DNA of 64,000 nt from Deltaproteobacteria bacterium. Its GTDB lineage: Bacteria; Desulfobacterota; Desulfobacteria; Desulfobacterales; C00003060. Each line of letters starts with the position of its first letter. Position 1 is the stretch's first letter. Below are positions 49,638-58,900 of the stretch, piece after piece. Below the pieces are notes generated by a model, which saw nothing but the letters and a program-made list of their open reading frames with translations, did no database searches and had not been told where the DNA came from. A program made the position numbers and the translations under genes. Location of the stretch: contig JAFDKF010000004.1 of NCBI GenBank assembly GCA_019307135.1, positions 2,591 through 66,590 of the forward strand, written 5' to 3'.

Positions 49638-49749
49638 TACTTTTTTACCAGCGTCCCGGACTCCACTTTACTTTTTTACCAGCGTCCCGGACTCCACCCA
49701 AGCGTCCCGGACTCCACCTTTACTTTTTTACCAGCGTCCCGGACTCCAC
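49638..49749. repeat. Four tandem copies of AGCGTCCCGGACTCCAC with T-rich linkers
   Basis: Directly visible; linkers are near-identical or very short. Confidence 0.9.
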
Positions 49750-50274
49750 CTTGGCTACTTCAGCGCGCGGCTATTGATATCAGAAATGGTAACCCATTTC
49801 TTGGAGCCACCACCGCTGCTGATTTGTTAGTTATCAAATGGGCGATGTTGACGTCGAATTATCTTTGCAGAGCCGCAAAGTTTCCTTCTGATCTCAGAGA
49901 ATCGATTGAACTCCAGTTCGTTAAGAGACAGTCAGAACTGGTTAATTCTGTTCCTCAGAAAGAAGGAGCAGACGTTCAACGATACGAGTTCTTGGGTTAG
50001 ACCGAATGGAGTTTCCGCGCCTTGCCACATCAAGTAGGGGTAAACGCACGCCAACCTTACTCATATTTAGTCACAAACACTTACAAAAAAGCGGCAAAAT
50101 TGGGTGAAATTCAGCGAAATTTGATAAAAGCTGAATCGGAAGCGACAAATTGGGGGGCGCCCTTTGCTTGAAATTGGGGACATCCCTTGAGTTTTGCAGT
50201 TTTAATCAAGGTTTGAGAATAGCTCTGGGCGCAGGAAGGGGACGTTGGTGCAGAAATTGCTTTGCCCGCCATCA

Positions 50275-50667
50275 CCGAACACGAATCAGATCAAAGAAGA
50301 ATTGAGAAAAATATGGGAACTTTTTCCTGAACTGGAAAAAAGAAGGAAACAAAACGCAGGAAAGCTGAGTGGAGGTGAGAAACAGATGCTGGCCCTGAGC
50401 AGGGCCCTGATAATGAGCCCGAAACTGCTCCTCATGGATGAGCCCTCTCTCGGCCTCTCGCCGAAGTTGGTCACATTTATGATGGACCACATCCGGAAAA
50501 TTAACCATGAATTCGGCGTGACCGTCCTGATTGTTGAGCAAAAGGTCCGGGAGGTTTTGGAAATCTGCGACTACATCTATTCCATCAAGCTCGGCAAAAT
50601 CGCCTATTCCGGAACACCCGAGCTTTTAAAAACCGATAAACAAGCATTGAAGGAACTGTTTTTATAA
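50275..50667 (+). pseudogene. 3' half of a LivF-like ABC ATPase
   Basis: LFPEL..R..Q.AGKLSGGEKQML, LLLMDEPSLGL, LIVEQ; Walker A half missing. Confidence 0.85.
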
Positions 50668-50768
50668 GAGCACTTCTTGATAGATCGAAGCAGGCCCCCT
50701 GCTACCAAATATGAAAGTTGGGATGTCACAGACGTCCCGCATCTTTCATGAGGCCGTGCAGATAAAGG

Positions 50769-51404
50769 TCATACTGCAAGGAATACGTGATAGATCGCAA
50801 ATTTTCGAGTCGCAAGGTCATGATTTGTTTCCTTGACCGTTCGTTCTTTGGGCATCATTGACGAAGAAGTCAAGCTGGATCCGAAAGCCAGACGAAGATC
50901 TTCACGGTTCTTATCTATTGTTTTCTTAACGGCCGGTACGGCTGCGCTTAAGTTCCCATCCATAATGTATCCAATCATCCCTCCCAAGGTTAGGCCTTTG
51001 CCGTACTTACCGGTTATGAACCGCATCATCCCATTCGCCCCAACATATTCTCCAGTATTCGACTGCATCCTGGAGCTATAAGGAATTCGGAGACGTTTGC
51101 ACTCAAAGGCAAAGTAAACCCCCTCTCTCCAGCCATGAAGAAACCGAATGTCTATTCTAGCTATCTCTTTGCCTGTATTAGGATCGGTTTCTGATGATTC
51201 GGCCCAGATTGTAAAGGGGAGCTCATGAAGGTCCTTTTCCCGCCGGAGTGCCTCTCCAAACCGTCTGCTGATGGGTACTTCATGATCCAAAGGATGAGGT
51301 TTCTGAAAGCTTTGCCAAGTGGTTACAACAAGTTCGAGTATATTAGGGATTAGATAATCCGGGAACAGATTGGCCCATAGACTGGCGTCTCCAACAGTGG
51401 CCAC
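50769..51404 (-). CDS. Putative PD-(D/E)xK nuclease partner of the upstream MTase
   Basis: E...RIDIRF....YFAFECKRL; GTG start directly abuts the MTase TAG. Confidence 0.6.
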   Translation of the reverse strand: MATVGDASLWANLFPDYLIPNILELVVTTWQSFQKPHPLDHEVPISRRFGEALRREKDLHELPFTIWAESSETDPNTGKEIARIDIRFLHGWREGVYFAFECKRLRIPYSSRMQSNTGEYVGANGMMRFITGKYGKGLTLGGMIGYIMDGNLSAAVPAVKKTIDKNREDLRLAFGSSLTSSSMMPKERTVKETNHDLATRKFAIYHVFLAV

Positions 51405-54400
51405 CTATTCTTCCCTCCCGGCTGACAGTATTGCCGTAGCTAATTCGTCGGCGTCGTTGAGAGCTGCTGTTCGCGTCCAATGTCTCAGCGTGAGCGGTTT
51501 GATAATATGTAGTTGGTTTTTCTCAAAAATCTTTATTCCTCGAAGATACGAGAATCGTCCGATCTGGTCAGGAAGCGCGTTCCTGAGTCGCTTTAGTGCA
51601 GATTTCAATTCATCTGTGGAAATAGATTCCTTATAAGGGCTCGTCTTACCCGACTTTCGAAGAGTCACTATGCCTACACCCAGGGACGTCGAGATGTTTA
51701 CTTCTCCACTGACTTTGATTTTGCCCCGCTTGGCCCAGGAATTCAGGACTTCGCAAAGCATGTTGACGTATTCCTTGCGATCCTCAAGAACTGTACGCTT
51801 AAGAGTGGGAATGTGGCTCGTTATTGATGAAGGTGTGGAACTCGGTTCCAAGATATTGGTTGTATCCTCTACCAGTATTCGTTCACGGTCTGAGATTTCG
51901 TAGTATTCATAGATCAGCGGTTCCATAGTTTGAAGGATTTTCTCGACTTTCACTTCCCTTTCCATAAAACTATCCTCAATGGATCGTTTTAGGTCACGAA
52001 TTTGCTTTGCCACTTTCTTGATAATGGAACGGGATCTTGATGGATTACGAGTGGATTCGGGAAGCTGAAAAGGCAGTCGCATCAATTCAAATAGTTGAAC
52101 CTTGTCTCTTTCGGTACCCCAGTTGGCCGATGTGTGAAACAAAAAGTAGGTTGCAAGTTTTGAATTAAGAACCGCTGCGAGAAACATCAAGAGATCCTCA
52201 TCTTCCGCTGGGCCTGAAATGGACTGCAAGGCATCCTGGAAAAGCACAGGAAAGTCACAATAGGCTATCCGCGAAAATCCCTGGTTCGTTATAACCATTG
52301 GCGGACTAAAAATATCTTTGTCTGGACCTCGACGCAGTTGTTTGAACTTACTTCCAATTCTTTGGCAGTCTGATTTCATGAGAACCAGATTCAAATCGAG
52401 ATTCCTAGCATCAATGAACAGATGATCTTCTGACCACCAGACCGGTTTGGGCTCACCATAGTTTTTCGGATCTCTTAAGTATCCTTCTTCGTAAAACGGC
52501 TGGAATCCCTGGCCGCGAATCCATCTCTTGGGTCTCTTCGGGGTTCCGACAATATCATCTAAGCGCGGCAGCGCAAGGAGGCTATTGAGAAGCCGAACGT
52601 CACGGGGGGTCCCCCAAAGATTCTTCTTCCAAATAATGGAAGCCTCATTCCCTTGTGAATGCGCGATTACCTCAGATAGATCAATCTTTTTGCGATCCTC
52701 GGGTAAAATGGAGACGGCTCCCTTTCTCGGATCAATTCGGTCCACTTTGGGCACATCATAGTCGAATGGATGGTCCCTTCCCGTGGGTTTGTTAGGCCCG
52801 AACCTAACGATTACCGCAGGGCATATTGCGTGTTTGAAGAGAATGAACCTCATATCGGAAAGTTGTATGATTTTGTCGACCGTAAACCTAGAAAACCATC
52901 CAGCCTGAAATTTATCTGTTTTGTTTAGAAGAAACTTGGAAGGTAGCAACAGGCATGCTCGCCCATCTACTTGGAGGTGTAACGGTCCTTTCCACGCAAA
53001 GGCATGGGCCACTTGTTTCTGGGGTACAAAAAAGGACAAGCGTGCTTGTCTGCCCTTTGGCACTTCAGTGGAAAATGGATTGCCTTCGCTTAGACACCAG
53101 TCGAGTAGTTTTGGATCGTCGGGCTGTCCCCTTCCTGTCCAAGGCGGATTTCCAATGACCAGATCAAAGGATGAGGGTAGCGGAACGTCCGGATCAAAGA
53201 AGTTGCCTTGAAAAATGACAGGAGATTCCGTCCCGCTGTATTGATCCTTTTTCAAGACAAGCAGTTTCGGAAGAACGTTGCCATACAATCGCTTCAGTTC
53301 ATGGATATCTCGTGGTTTGAGCTGATCGAGAAGAGCAAGGTAGAGGCTGAAGCAGGTAATTCGGCAGGCCGTTTCATTAACATCAACTCCGCACAGACAA
53401 GATTGCAGAATCTCAATTAAGGCCCTTGCACGTGTAGTATTTCTTGTTCCTGGGTTCCTTGATCGCCACTCTTCCGCTATGCGGTTAAACAATATGACCA
53501 GGAAAATTCCCGAGCCACATGCAGGATCCAGAAATGTCTTGCCTATGAGTGAATTCCATCCGTCGATTGCAACGTCAACCACCATTTCGGCAAGATACTT
53601 AGGGGTATAATACGCCCCAATGCTTCGCTGGCCCTTAGAACTTTCAGCAGCAAGGAAATCTTCATAGATCGCACTTATCGTTTCGATGGGTATGACGCTA
53701 AAGTCATACACCCAGAAGCCAAATGACAACTGTCCTGACTGGAGCTTTTCACCGTTCAGGAATCTTTGTAAGGCTTCGATGTGATTTCTGGATATTTTGG
53801 GCCGTTCCTGGGTGACCGCTTCATCGAACATGCTTCCATTGAAGTATCTCTGTAACAGATCAAAGAGATTGTAGAGGATATCCTTCGCTTCATCAGGATC
53901 ATAACGGTTGAGAAGATCGCTGACACAATCCACATCCCTTGCACCGGCATCGGCAAACTGGGTTCCGTTGATGATCTTTCGGTCACCCAGATAACATGTG
54001 AAGATGAGACGCCCGAGAAGAGCATGAACTGTCCTATATTCCAATCCGCCGCACTCGTACAACAGATCTCGGGCTTTCCCCAAATTGTCAAGCAGGTATT
54101 GGTCAACAGTGCTATCCGGGCTAAAACACTTTTGGTAGTCCCGATAGATTTGGCCAGTCTCAACTTTCTGTACAAACTGGCGCAGTTCTAAGACATTCGC
54201 TGTTCTGTCAAGTACTTCAACAAGACGATGATCGCTACTGATTTCATCCTGCTCCCTCGCAGGATATGCCAAACCAGAATATACTTGGACCTCTTTTGGG
54301 CTTACGACTACCAGAAGCGTTGCGATTCCCTGGTTCCAAAGCTGCCGGTGCAGTATTCGGATCTGCTCAGGATCAATTCGCTCTACCTCCTTGAAATAGA

Positions 54401-54587
54401 CGGTCGGCTTTCGATCCACGCAAAATATTCCAGATAATTCCATGCTCTCCCATGCTCGCCGCATGAGATGTGAATAAGGGTGACGACCCGAATTCTCTTC
54501 GATCTCCTTGTAGGAGCGAAAGAAAACAGGTGGAGAGGCATCTCCAAGGTCAAATGTATCGATAAGGGGAGCACTCGAGACGGACAT
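51405..54587 (-). CDS. Large gamma-class N6-adenine MTase (Type IIG/Eco57I-like)
   Basis: GAYYTP, LDPACGSGIFL, GVD, IGNPPW, C-terminal TRD-like FLAAVLNS. Confidence 0.88.
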   Translation of the reverse strand: MSVSSAPLIDTFDLGDASPPVFFRSYKEIEENSGRHPYSHLMRRAWESMELSGIFCVDRKPTVYFKEVERIDPEQIRILHRQLWNQGIATLLVVVSPKEVQVYSGLAYPAREQDEISSDHRLVEVLDRTANVLELRQFVQKVETGQIYRDYQKCFSPDSTVDQYLLDNLGKARDLLYECGGLEYRTVHALLGRLIFTCYLGDRKIINGTQFADAGARDVDCVSDLLNRYDPDEAKDILYNLFDLLQRYFNGSMFDEAVTQERPKISRNHIEALQRFLNGEKLQSGQLSFGFWVYDFSVIPIETISAIYEDFLAAESSKGQRSIGAYYTPKYLAEMVVDVAIDGWNSLIGKTFLDPACGSGIFLVILFNRIAEEWRSRNPGTRNTTRARALIEILQSCLCGVDVNETACRITCFSLYLALLDQLKPRDIHELKRLYGNVLPKLLVLKKDQYSGTESPVIFQGNFFDPDVPLPSSFDLVIGNPPWTGRGQPDDPKLLDWCLSEGNPFSTEVPKGRQARLSFFVPQKQVAHAFAWKGPLHLQVDGRACLLLPSKFLLNKTDKFQAGWFSRFTVDKIIQLSDMRFILFKHAICPAVIVRFGPNKPTGRDHPFDYDVPKVDRIDPRKGAVSILPEDRKKIDLSEVIAHSQGNEASIIWKKNLWGTPRDVRLLNSLLALPRLDDIVGTPKRPKRWIRGQGFQPFYEEGYLRDPKNYGEPKPVWWSEDHLFIDARNLDLNLVLMKSDCQRIGSKFKQLRRGPDKDIFSPPMVITNQGFSRIAYCDFPVLFQDALQSISGPAEDEDLLMFLAAVLNSKLATYFLFHTSANWGTERDKVQLFELMRLPFQLPESTRNPSRSRSIIKKVAKQIRDLKRSIEDSFMEREVKVEKILQTMEPLIYEYYEISDRERILVEDTTNILEPSSTPSSITSHIPTLKRTVLEDRKEYVNMLCEVLNSWAKRGKIKVSGEVNISTSLGVGIVTLRKSGKTSPYKESISTDELKSALKRLRNALPDQIGRFSYLRGIKIFEKNQLHIIKPLTLRHWTRTAALNDADELATAILSAGREE

Positions 54588-54946
54588 GTTAGGGTCTCAC
54601 TCCGAGGTTAAGGTCCAACGTATGAGATCTGCCCGCAAATACCTATGGTGAGCTTTTGCTAATGAAAGATAGTGCGAAAATGGGGTTACGTCTAAACGAT
54701 TAGCCATTATCTTCGTAAAGAGAGAGCTGTTTTGATGGGGTATTCAGCACCACAATATTCCTTTTCTTTCCCGGAGGGTCGATCTTGTGCTCATTTCTCG
54801 GCATTTGTCAAGGATTTTTTGGAATGTTACACAATATATTGTGGCATAACTAATAATGGTCTCCATATCTTGGGTAATTAGCGCATCACAAACTGAAACC
54901 GGCCTCATAGTCCCATGAAAAAAAAACCGTGCGGTCAGGCGTAAGT

Positions 54947-55352
54947 TTAGGGACATCCTTTAGTTCTACAGTTTCTAAGTAATCCTTTTAGAGCCGGTTC
55001 ATGAGGCAAGAAAGTCGAAGATAGAGGCCTGCCCGCCATTGCCACGCATGCCGGCATTGAACCCACCACATGTACCTGGCGATGGCAGGCGGGTGGCGGG
55101 CAGGCCTGAGCTCGCGACCCGCCTGCCAACGCCTGAGACAGCATTGAGCTTATGTGCCGACATCTCTGGCAATGGCGGGCAGGTTGCCATGGCTGCGTGC
55201 GATTTTCGAGCGATGACAAGAGAGGAAAGAGAGGGGTCGCGTCTTCATTCTTGACAGTTTGGTGGAAAGTTTGGGCACGCTCTTTACAGTTTCTGAGTAA
55301 TCGTTTTATAGCTGGTTCATGAATGCAAGAAAGTCGAAGATAGATGAAGATT
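54947..55352. repeat. Two copies of the ~100-bp dispersed repeat; the first is cut off by a GC-rich micro-element (55026-55182)
   Basis: Match to 31090-31192; CCTGCCCGCCATTGCC...GGCAATGGCGGGCAGG begins right after GAAGATAGA. Confidence 0.85.
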
Positions 55353-55482
55353 GGGGCTTCGGGGGACACTCTTTAAAATGTGAGTTTCTAGCTGAACAAC
55401 GGGATGTTACTTACATAAAAGGCAGTTATGAGGCTTCTTCACTAGACTATATAGATCGAGGAAGCAACATTGTTTTTAGCAG

Positions 55483-56244
55483 ATGTTCATTGAAAGCCTA
55501 AATATAGTTGCTGATCGAAATCTGCGTGTTGTGGCGCTTACGGGTGCAGGTATATCAGCAGAGAGCGGGGTGCCGATCTTTAGGGGCAAAGGCTCAATGT
55601 GGGAGAACCCAAAGGCCAAGGAATTGGCTTCTAGAGCCGGGCCGCCGTGGAACACAAAGGGGACATGGGAGTTTTACGAATGGAGAAGAGCTCTTGTGGC
55701 TCGTTGCAAGCCGAATGCTGCTCATCATACCCTGGTAGAAATGGAATATTTCTTCAGGAACTTCTGTTTGATAACCCAGAACGTTGACGGACTCCACGGA
55801 CGTGCAGGCAGTAAGAGAGTTCTTGAAATGCATGGAAATATGTGGAAAGGGAGATGTGAAAAGGATGGAGAAATCGTTGACTTGCCTGAGACGCCTCTCA
55901 AGAGTTTGCCTCCTTACCATACCTGCGGAATGGCTTTACGGCCCCATATAGTTCAATTTGGAGAACCTATAGACGGTGTAATCCTGGATGAAGCGTTTAA
56001 AGAGAGCATGAGAAGTGACCTGTTCTTAGTTGTTGGGACGTCGGGGGTGGTATCGCCAGCTCGTGATTTACCTCTGATAGCACTAAGGGAAGGAGGGAAG
56101 GTTATAGAAATAAATAGGCACGAGACGCCTCTGACTCCGTACGTTACGCTGTCAATCAGAGGAAAAGCGGCAGAGATAGTTCCGAGGCTTTGGAAGGAAA
56201 TTTTGAGCATGGCCGTACGGTGTCAAATCTTGAATAGTGAATAA
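55483..56244 (+). CDS. cobB: NAD-dependent protein deacylase (CobB-like sirtuin)
   Basis: TGAGISAESG, FYEWRR, TQNVDGLH, HG, RPHIVQFGE, GTSG, EIN; last codons derive from the adjacent palindrome. Confidence 0.85.
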   Translation: MFIESLNIVADRNLRVVALTGAGISAESGVPIFRGKGSMWENPKAKELASRAGPPWNTKGTWEFYEWRRALVARCKPNAAHHTLVEMEYFFRNFCLITQNVDGLHGRAGSKRVLEMHGNMWKGRCEKDGEIVDLPETPLKSLPPYHTCGMALRPHIVQFGEPIDGVILDEAFKESMRSDLFLVVGTSGVVSPARDLPLIALREGGKVIEINRHETPLTPYVTLSIRGKAAEIVPRLWKEILSMAVRCQILNSE

Positions 56245-56278
56245 GGTGCCACTATTCACTATTCAAGATTTGACACCG
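56218..56278. repeat. Perfect 26-bp inverted repeat with 9-nt loop
   Basis: CGGTGTCAAATCTTGAATAGTGAATA ... TATTCACTATTCAAGATTTGACACCG. Confidence 0.95.
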
Positions 56279-56743
56279 ATTCCCCCTGAACAACGATAAA
56301 AAAAACTTTCACCAGGCAATTGGCCGGTCCGTGAACCGAATGGCACGTTAAATTTCCCTTCCTTGTTAGTTCTGTATATTCCGTTGAAACAGTTCCTATT
56401 CAGAAAAATGAACCTAGCTACACGTTGTATTGGCGGCAGCAAACCTGGACCTTCGTCTCTTAGCATGTAGTACTGCTCGGGAGTCCTCTTTATTCTGTGG
56501 ACTGCACGGGAAACTAAACGGGGATGTTTGTGGACTGTGGAATAGACCTCCATCAGAGCCCCGTTGATATCGCCGAGAATTGCGGAATCTGGCTTGAGGG
56601 CAAAAAAAAAGGCACCCTGAGCCAACGAAAGGTTCAATGTAGCGGTCGTAGGCTTCGGGAACGAGTTCCAGTAAGTTTGGGAGCAATCGCCGCTTGCTCC
56701 CCGCCCAACGTAGGAATGGAGTGCACCAAACACTTTGCCCCAT
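56279..56743 (-). pseudogene. Dam-family (D12) adenine MTase, frameshifted and 3'-truncated
   Basis: PFLRWAGSK, YIEPFVGSG; frameshift at T9 (A9, 56602-56610); then GDIN, FIFLNRNCFNGIYRTN..FNVPFG; no DPPY. Confidence 0.9.
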
Positions 56744-57618
56744 GATTAACCCCTTTGGCTCTATGGAAACGCTCGGTATCCGAACCCAGGGCAGGAACGG
56801 CGCGGGCTGGCGCGAAAACACGGAAACTGGAACATTCAGGAGCGCGTCTTCCGCCTTGATTCAGCGCCTTTCTATATTATATCAGCTTCTTGTTGTCAAG
56901 CAGGCCAAGTCCGCAGGCACCTGATGAGATGAGATGAGAGGAGATACTAGGAGACAGTCTAGGAGATAGGGTCGGACCATGCTAACTAGTTAATATCAAA
57001 AATGATAGTGACAAAATAGGCGCCCCAATGGGCTTTAAAACGGTATTTTCAGGGGCAAAAAGTGCAGTTTAAGACCAGATGAATTCATCGGGACAATCTA
57101 GATGTGACAAACGGGGATCTAATGCCTGAAAACAGGCTATTTTTTAGAATATTAATCTTGCTATTTCGATGTGACAGCTTGGCCCGACCCTAATCTGAGC
57201 ACCAATCTGATCTGCTCAATCTGACCCGCTGCGTCCTTTCTCGTAAGGTCAATCTCATACAGGATATTGGGCCTCTTTTGATTCCACCCTCCGCATATTG
57301 TGTTTTTTTCTTGACTTTTGCCAGACAGTAGGTCTTCATACACACCACCGAGGGAGGAGCAGCCTCACCTGAAATGAGAAGCCATGCCAAGGAAGAGATC
57401 AAGTCAAGAGCCACATGACAGGAAGGTGAGGCAATATCATAACAAAGTCCACGAAGGAACAGGACCAATCTTTACACGTTCTTTGGCTTTACTCGGCCAA
57501 GTTCAAGTGCAGTAGCATGACCTAATCTGTCACACTTTTGTGATATAAGAATGTCCCTATGACGGAACTATTTCTAAAATGTTACGCGAAAACAGTATGT
57601 TGACATCAGTTTGGCGTT

Positions 57619-58890
57619 TTGGTATTGTCTGATTTGAACCCAAAAACCGCAGACCATCTGGAGTGCAAGATGCATCCTGTGTTGGAAAGAAAAATGTCGG
57701 ATTCAGACTGGGGTCTTCTTGCTGATGCAGTTCATTCCAATGATATGGTCGCTGGGTATACACACGACTTCTATAAATACCCGGCGCGGTTTTCTCCGGT
57801 TTTTGCCAATAGGGTTATCAGATTCTTCACAGAACCAGGTGACCTTGTGGTCGATCCTTTTATGGGAGGAGCCACCACGCTAGTGGAAGCTAGGGTGATA
57901 GGAAGGCGCTGCATCGGTGCTGACATTAACAAGTTGTCAACTTTCCTTGCACGTGCGAAGGCAGCAATAATCGTCAGAAAGGACCTGGATGCTGTATTGG
58001 AATGGGCTCTGAACCTTCGAGATCGATTGAATTTACGACACCCACCTATTCGAGCAGAAGACTGGATAAAGGAAGGGTATCAACGAAACATAAGTTGCAG
58101 AAGCACGTGGCCCACAAGAAAAACCTTAGAACTTGTGTTGGCAAACCTTCATGAATTGAAAAATACTTCTCAAAAAAGGTTCGCCCGCTGTGCTCTACTG
58201 AAAACAGCGCAGTGGGCATTGGACTGCACGAAGGTAATTCCATCTGCAAAGGTTTTTCGTGAAAAACTTATTGAAAATGTAGTGAAGATGTCGAAAGGTG
58301 CTACGGAGTTTTCGAGGGCAGCCAAGGCATCTGACAAGCTTTATGATGCCCGAGGGGGCTTCAGGATACGTTGTCTTAATCGCTCGGCAATTGGTTTAGA
58401 GAACGAGCCAATATTCAATAAAACCCCTGCTCCGAAACTAATCCTGACTTCTCCGCCGTATCCCGGCGTTCATGTTCTTTATCATAGGTGGCAGGTCAAA
58501 GGCAGGAAAGAAACGCCTGCTCCATTCTGGATTGCTAATTCCATAGATGGGAATGGTGAGGCGTTCTACACTTTTGGCCATAGAAAACGTAAAACGAACA
58601 AACAGTATTACGAAGTGCTTCTGCAGGCCTACAAATCCCTCGCGAAGATTGCCGACAAAAACACTATTATGGTGCAAATGGTCGGATTTTCAAACCCAGC
58701 CTCACAGTTGCCGGCATATTTGGAAACAATGGACAAGGCTGGATTCAAAGAAGACAAGTTCCTGTCTATATCCAATATGCCGGACGGCAGGCTATGGCGG
58801 ATTGTGCCAAATCGAAAATGGTACGCTACCCATAAAGGCTCTATTGGTTCCAGCAAAGAGGTTGTGTTATTCCATACATTGGATCGATAG
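57619..58890 (+). CDS. Alpha-class amino-MTase (likely m4C); start uncertain (57619/57670/57693)
   Basis: THDFYKYPARF, VVDPFMGGATT (motif I) before LTSPPY (motif IV). Confidence 0.88.
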   Translation: MVLSDLNPKTADHLECKMHPVLERKMSDSDWGLLADAVHSNDMVAGYTHDFYKYPARFSPVFANRVIRFFTEPGDLVVDPFMGGATTLVEARVIGRRCIGADINKLSTFLARAKAAIIVRKDLDAVLEWALNLRDRLNLRHPPIRAEDWIKEGYQRNISCRSTWPTRKTLELVLANLHELKNTSQKRFARCALLKTAQWALDCTKVIPSAKVFREKLIENVVKMSKGATEFSRAAKASDKLYDARGGFRIRCLNRSAIGLENEPIFNKTPAPKLILTSPPYPGVHVLYHRWQVKGRKETPAPFWIANSIDGNGEAFYTFGHRKRKTNKQYYEVLLQAYKSLAKIADKNTIMVQMVGFSNPASQLPAYLETMDKAGFKEDKFLSISNMPDGRLWRIVPNRKWYATHKGSIGSSKEVVLFHTLDR

Positions 58891-58900
58891 GGTATGCGTG

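Noticed and set aside
49638-49749. Possible mini-CRISPR array
   Set aside because: Intervening sequences are 3-15 nt and near-identical rather than unique spacers; no cas genes in the window
49750-50000. Possible gene fragment (PWLLQRAAIDIRNGNPF...)
   Set aside because: No start or RBS and no family recognisable by eye
55483-56244. Sir2 as an anti-phage NADase (Thoeris/DSR type)
   Set aside because: Has the full CobB deacylase motif set including FYxxRR and no fused defence domain
56967-57545. Possible MITE or Tn7-like ends (AGGGTCGGACCA / TGGCCCGACCCT; TGTGACA motifs)
   Set aside because: Inverted match is short and imperfect, with no target duplication, second copy or transposase
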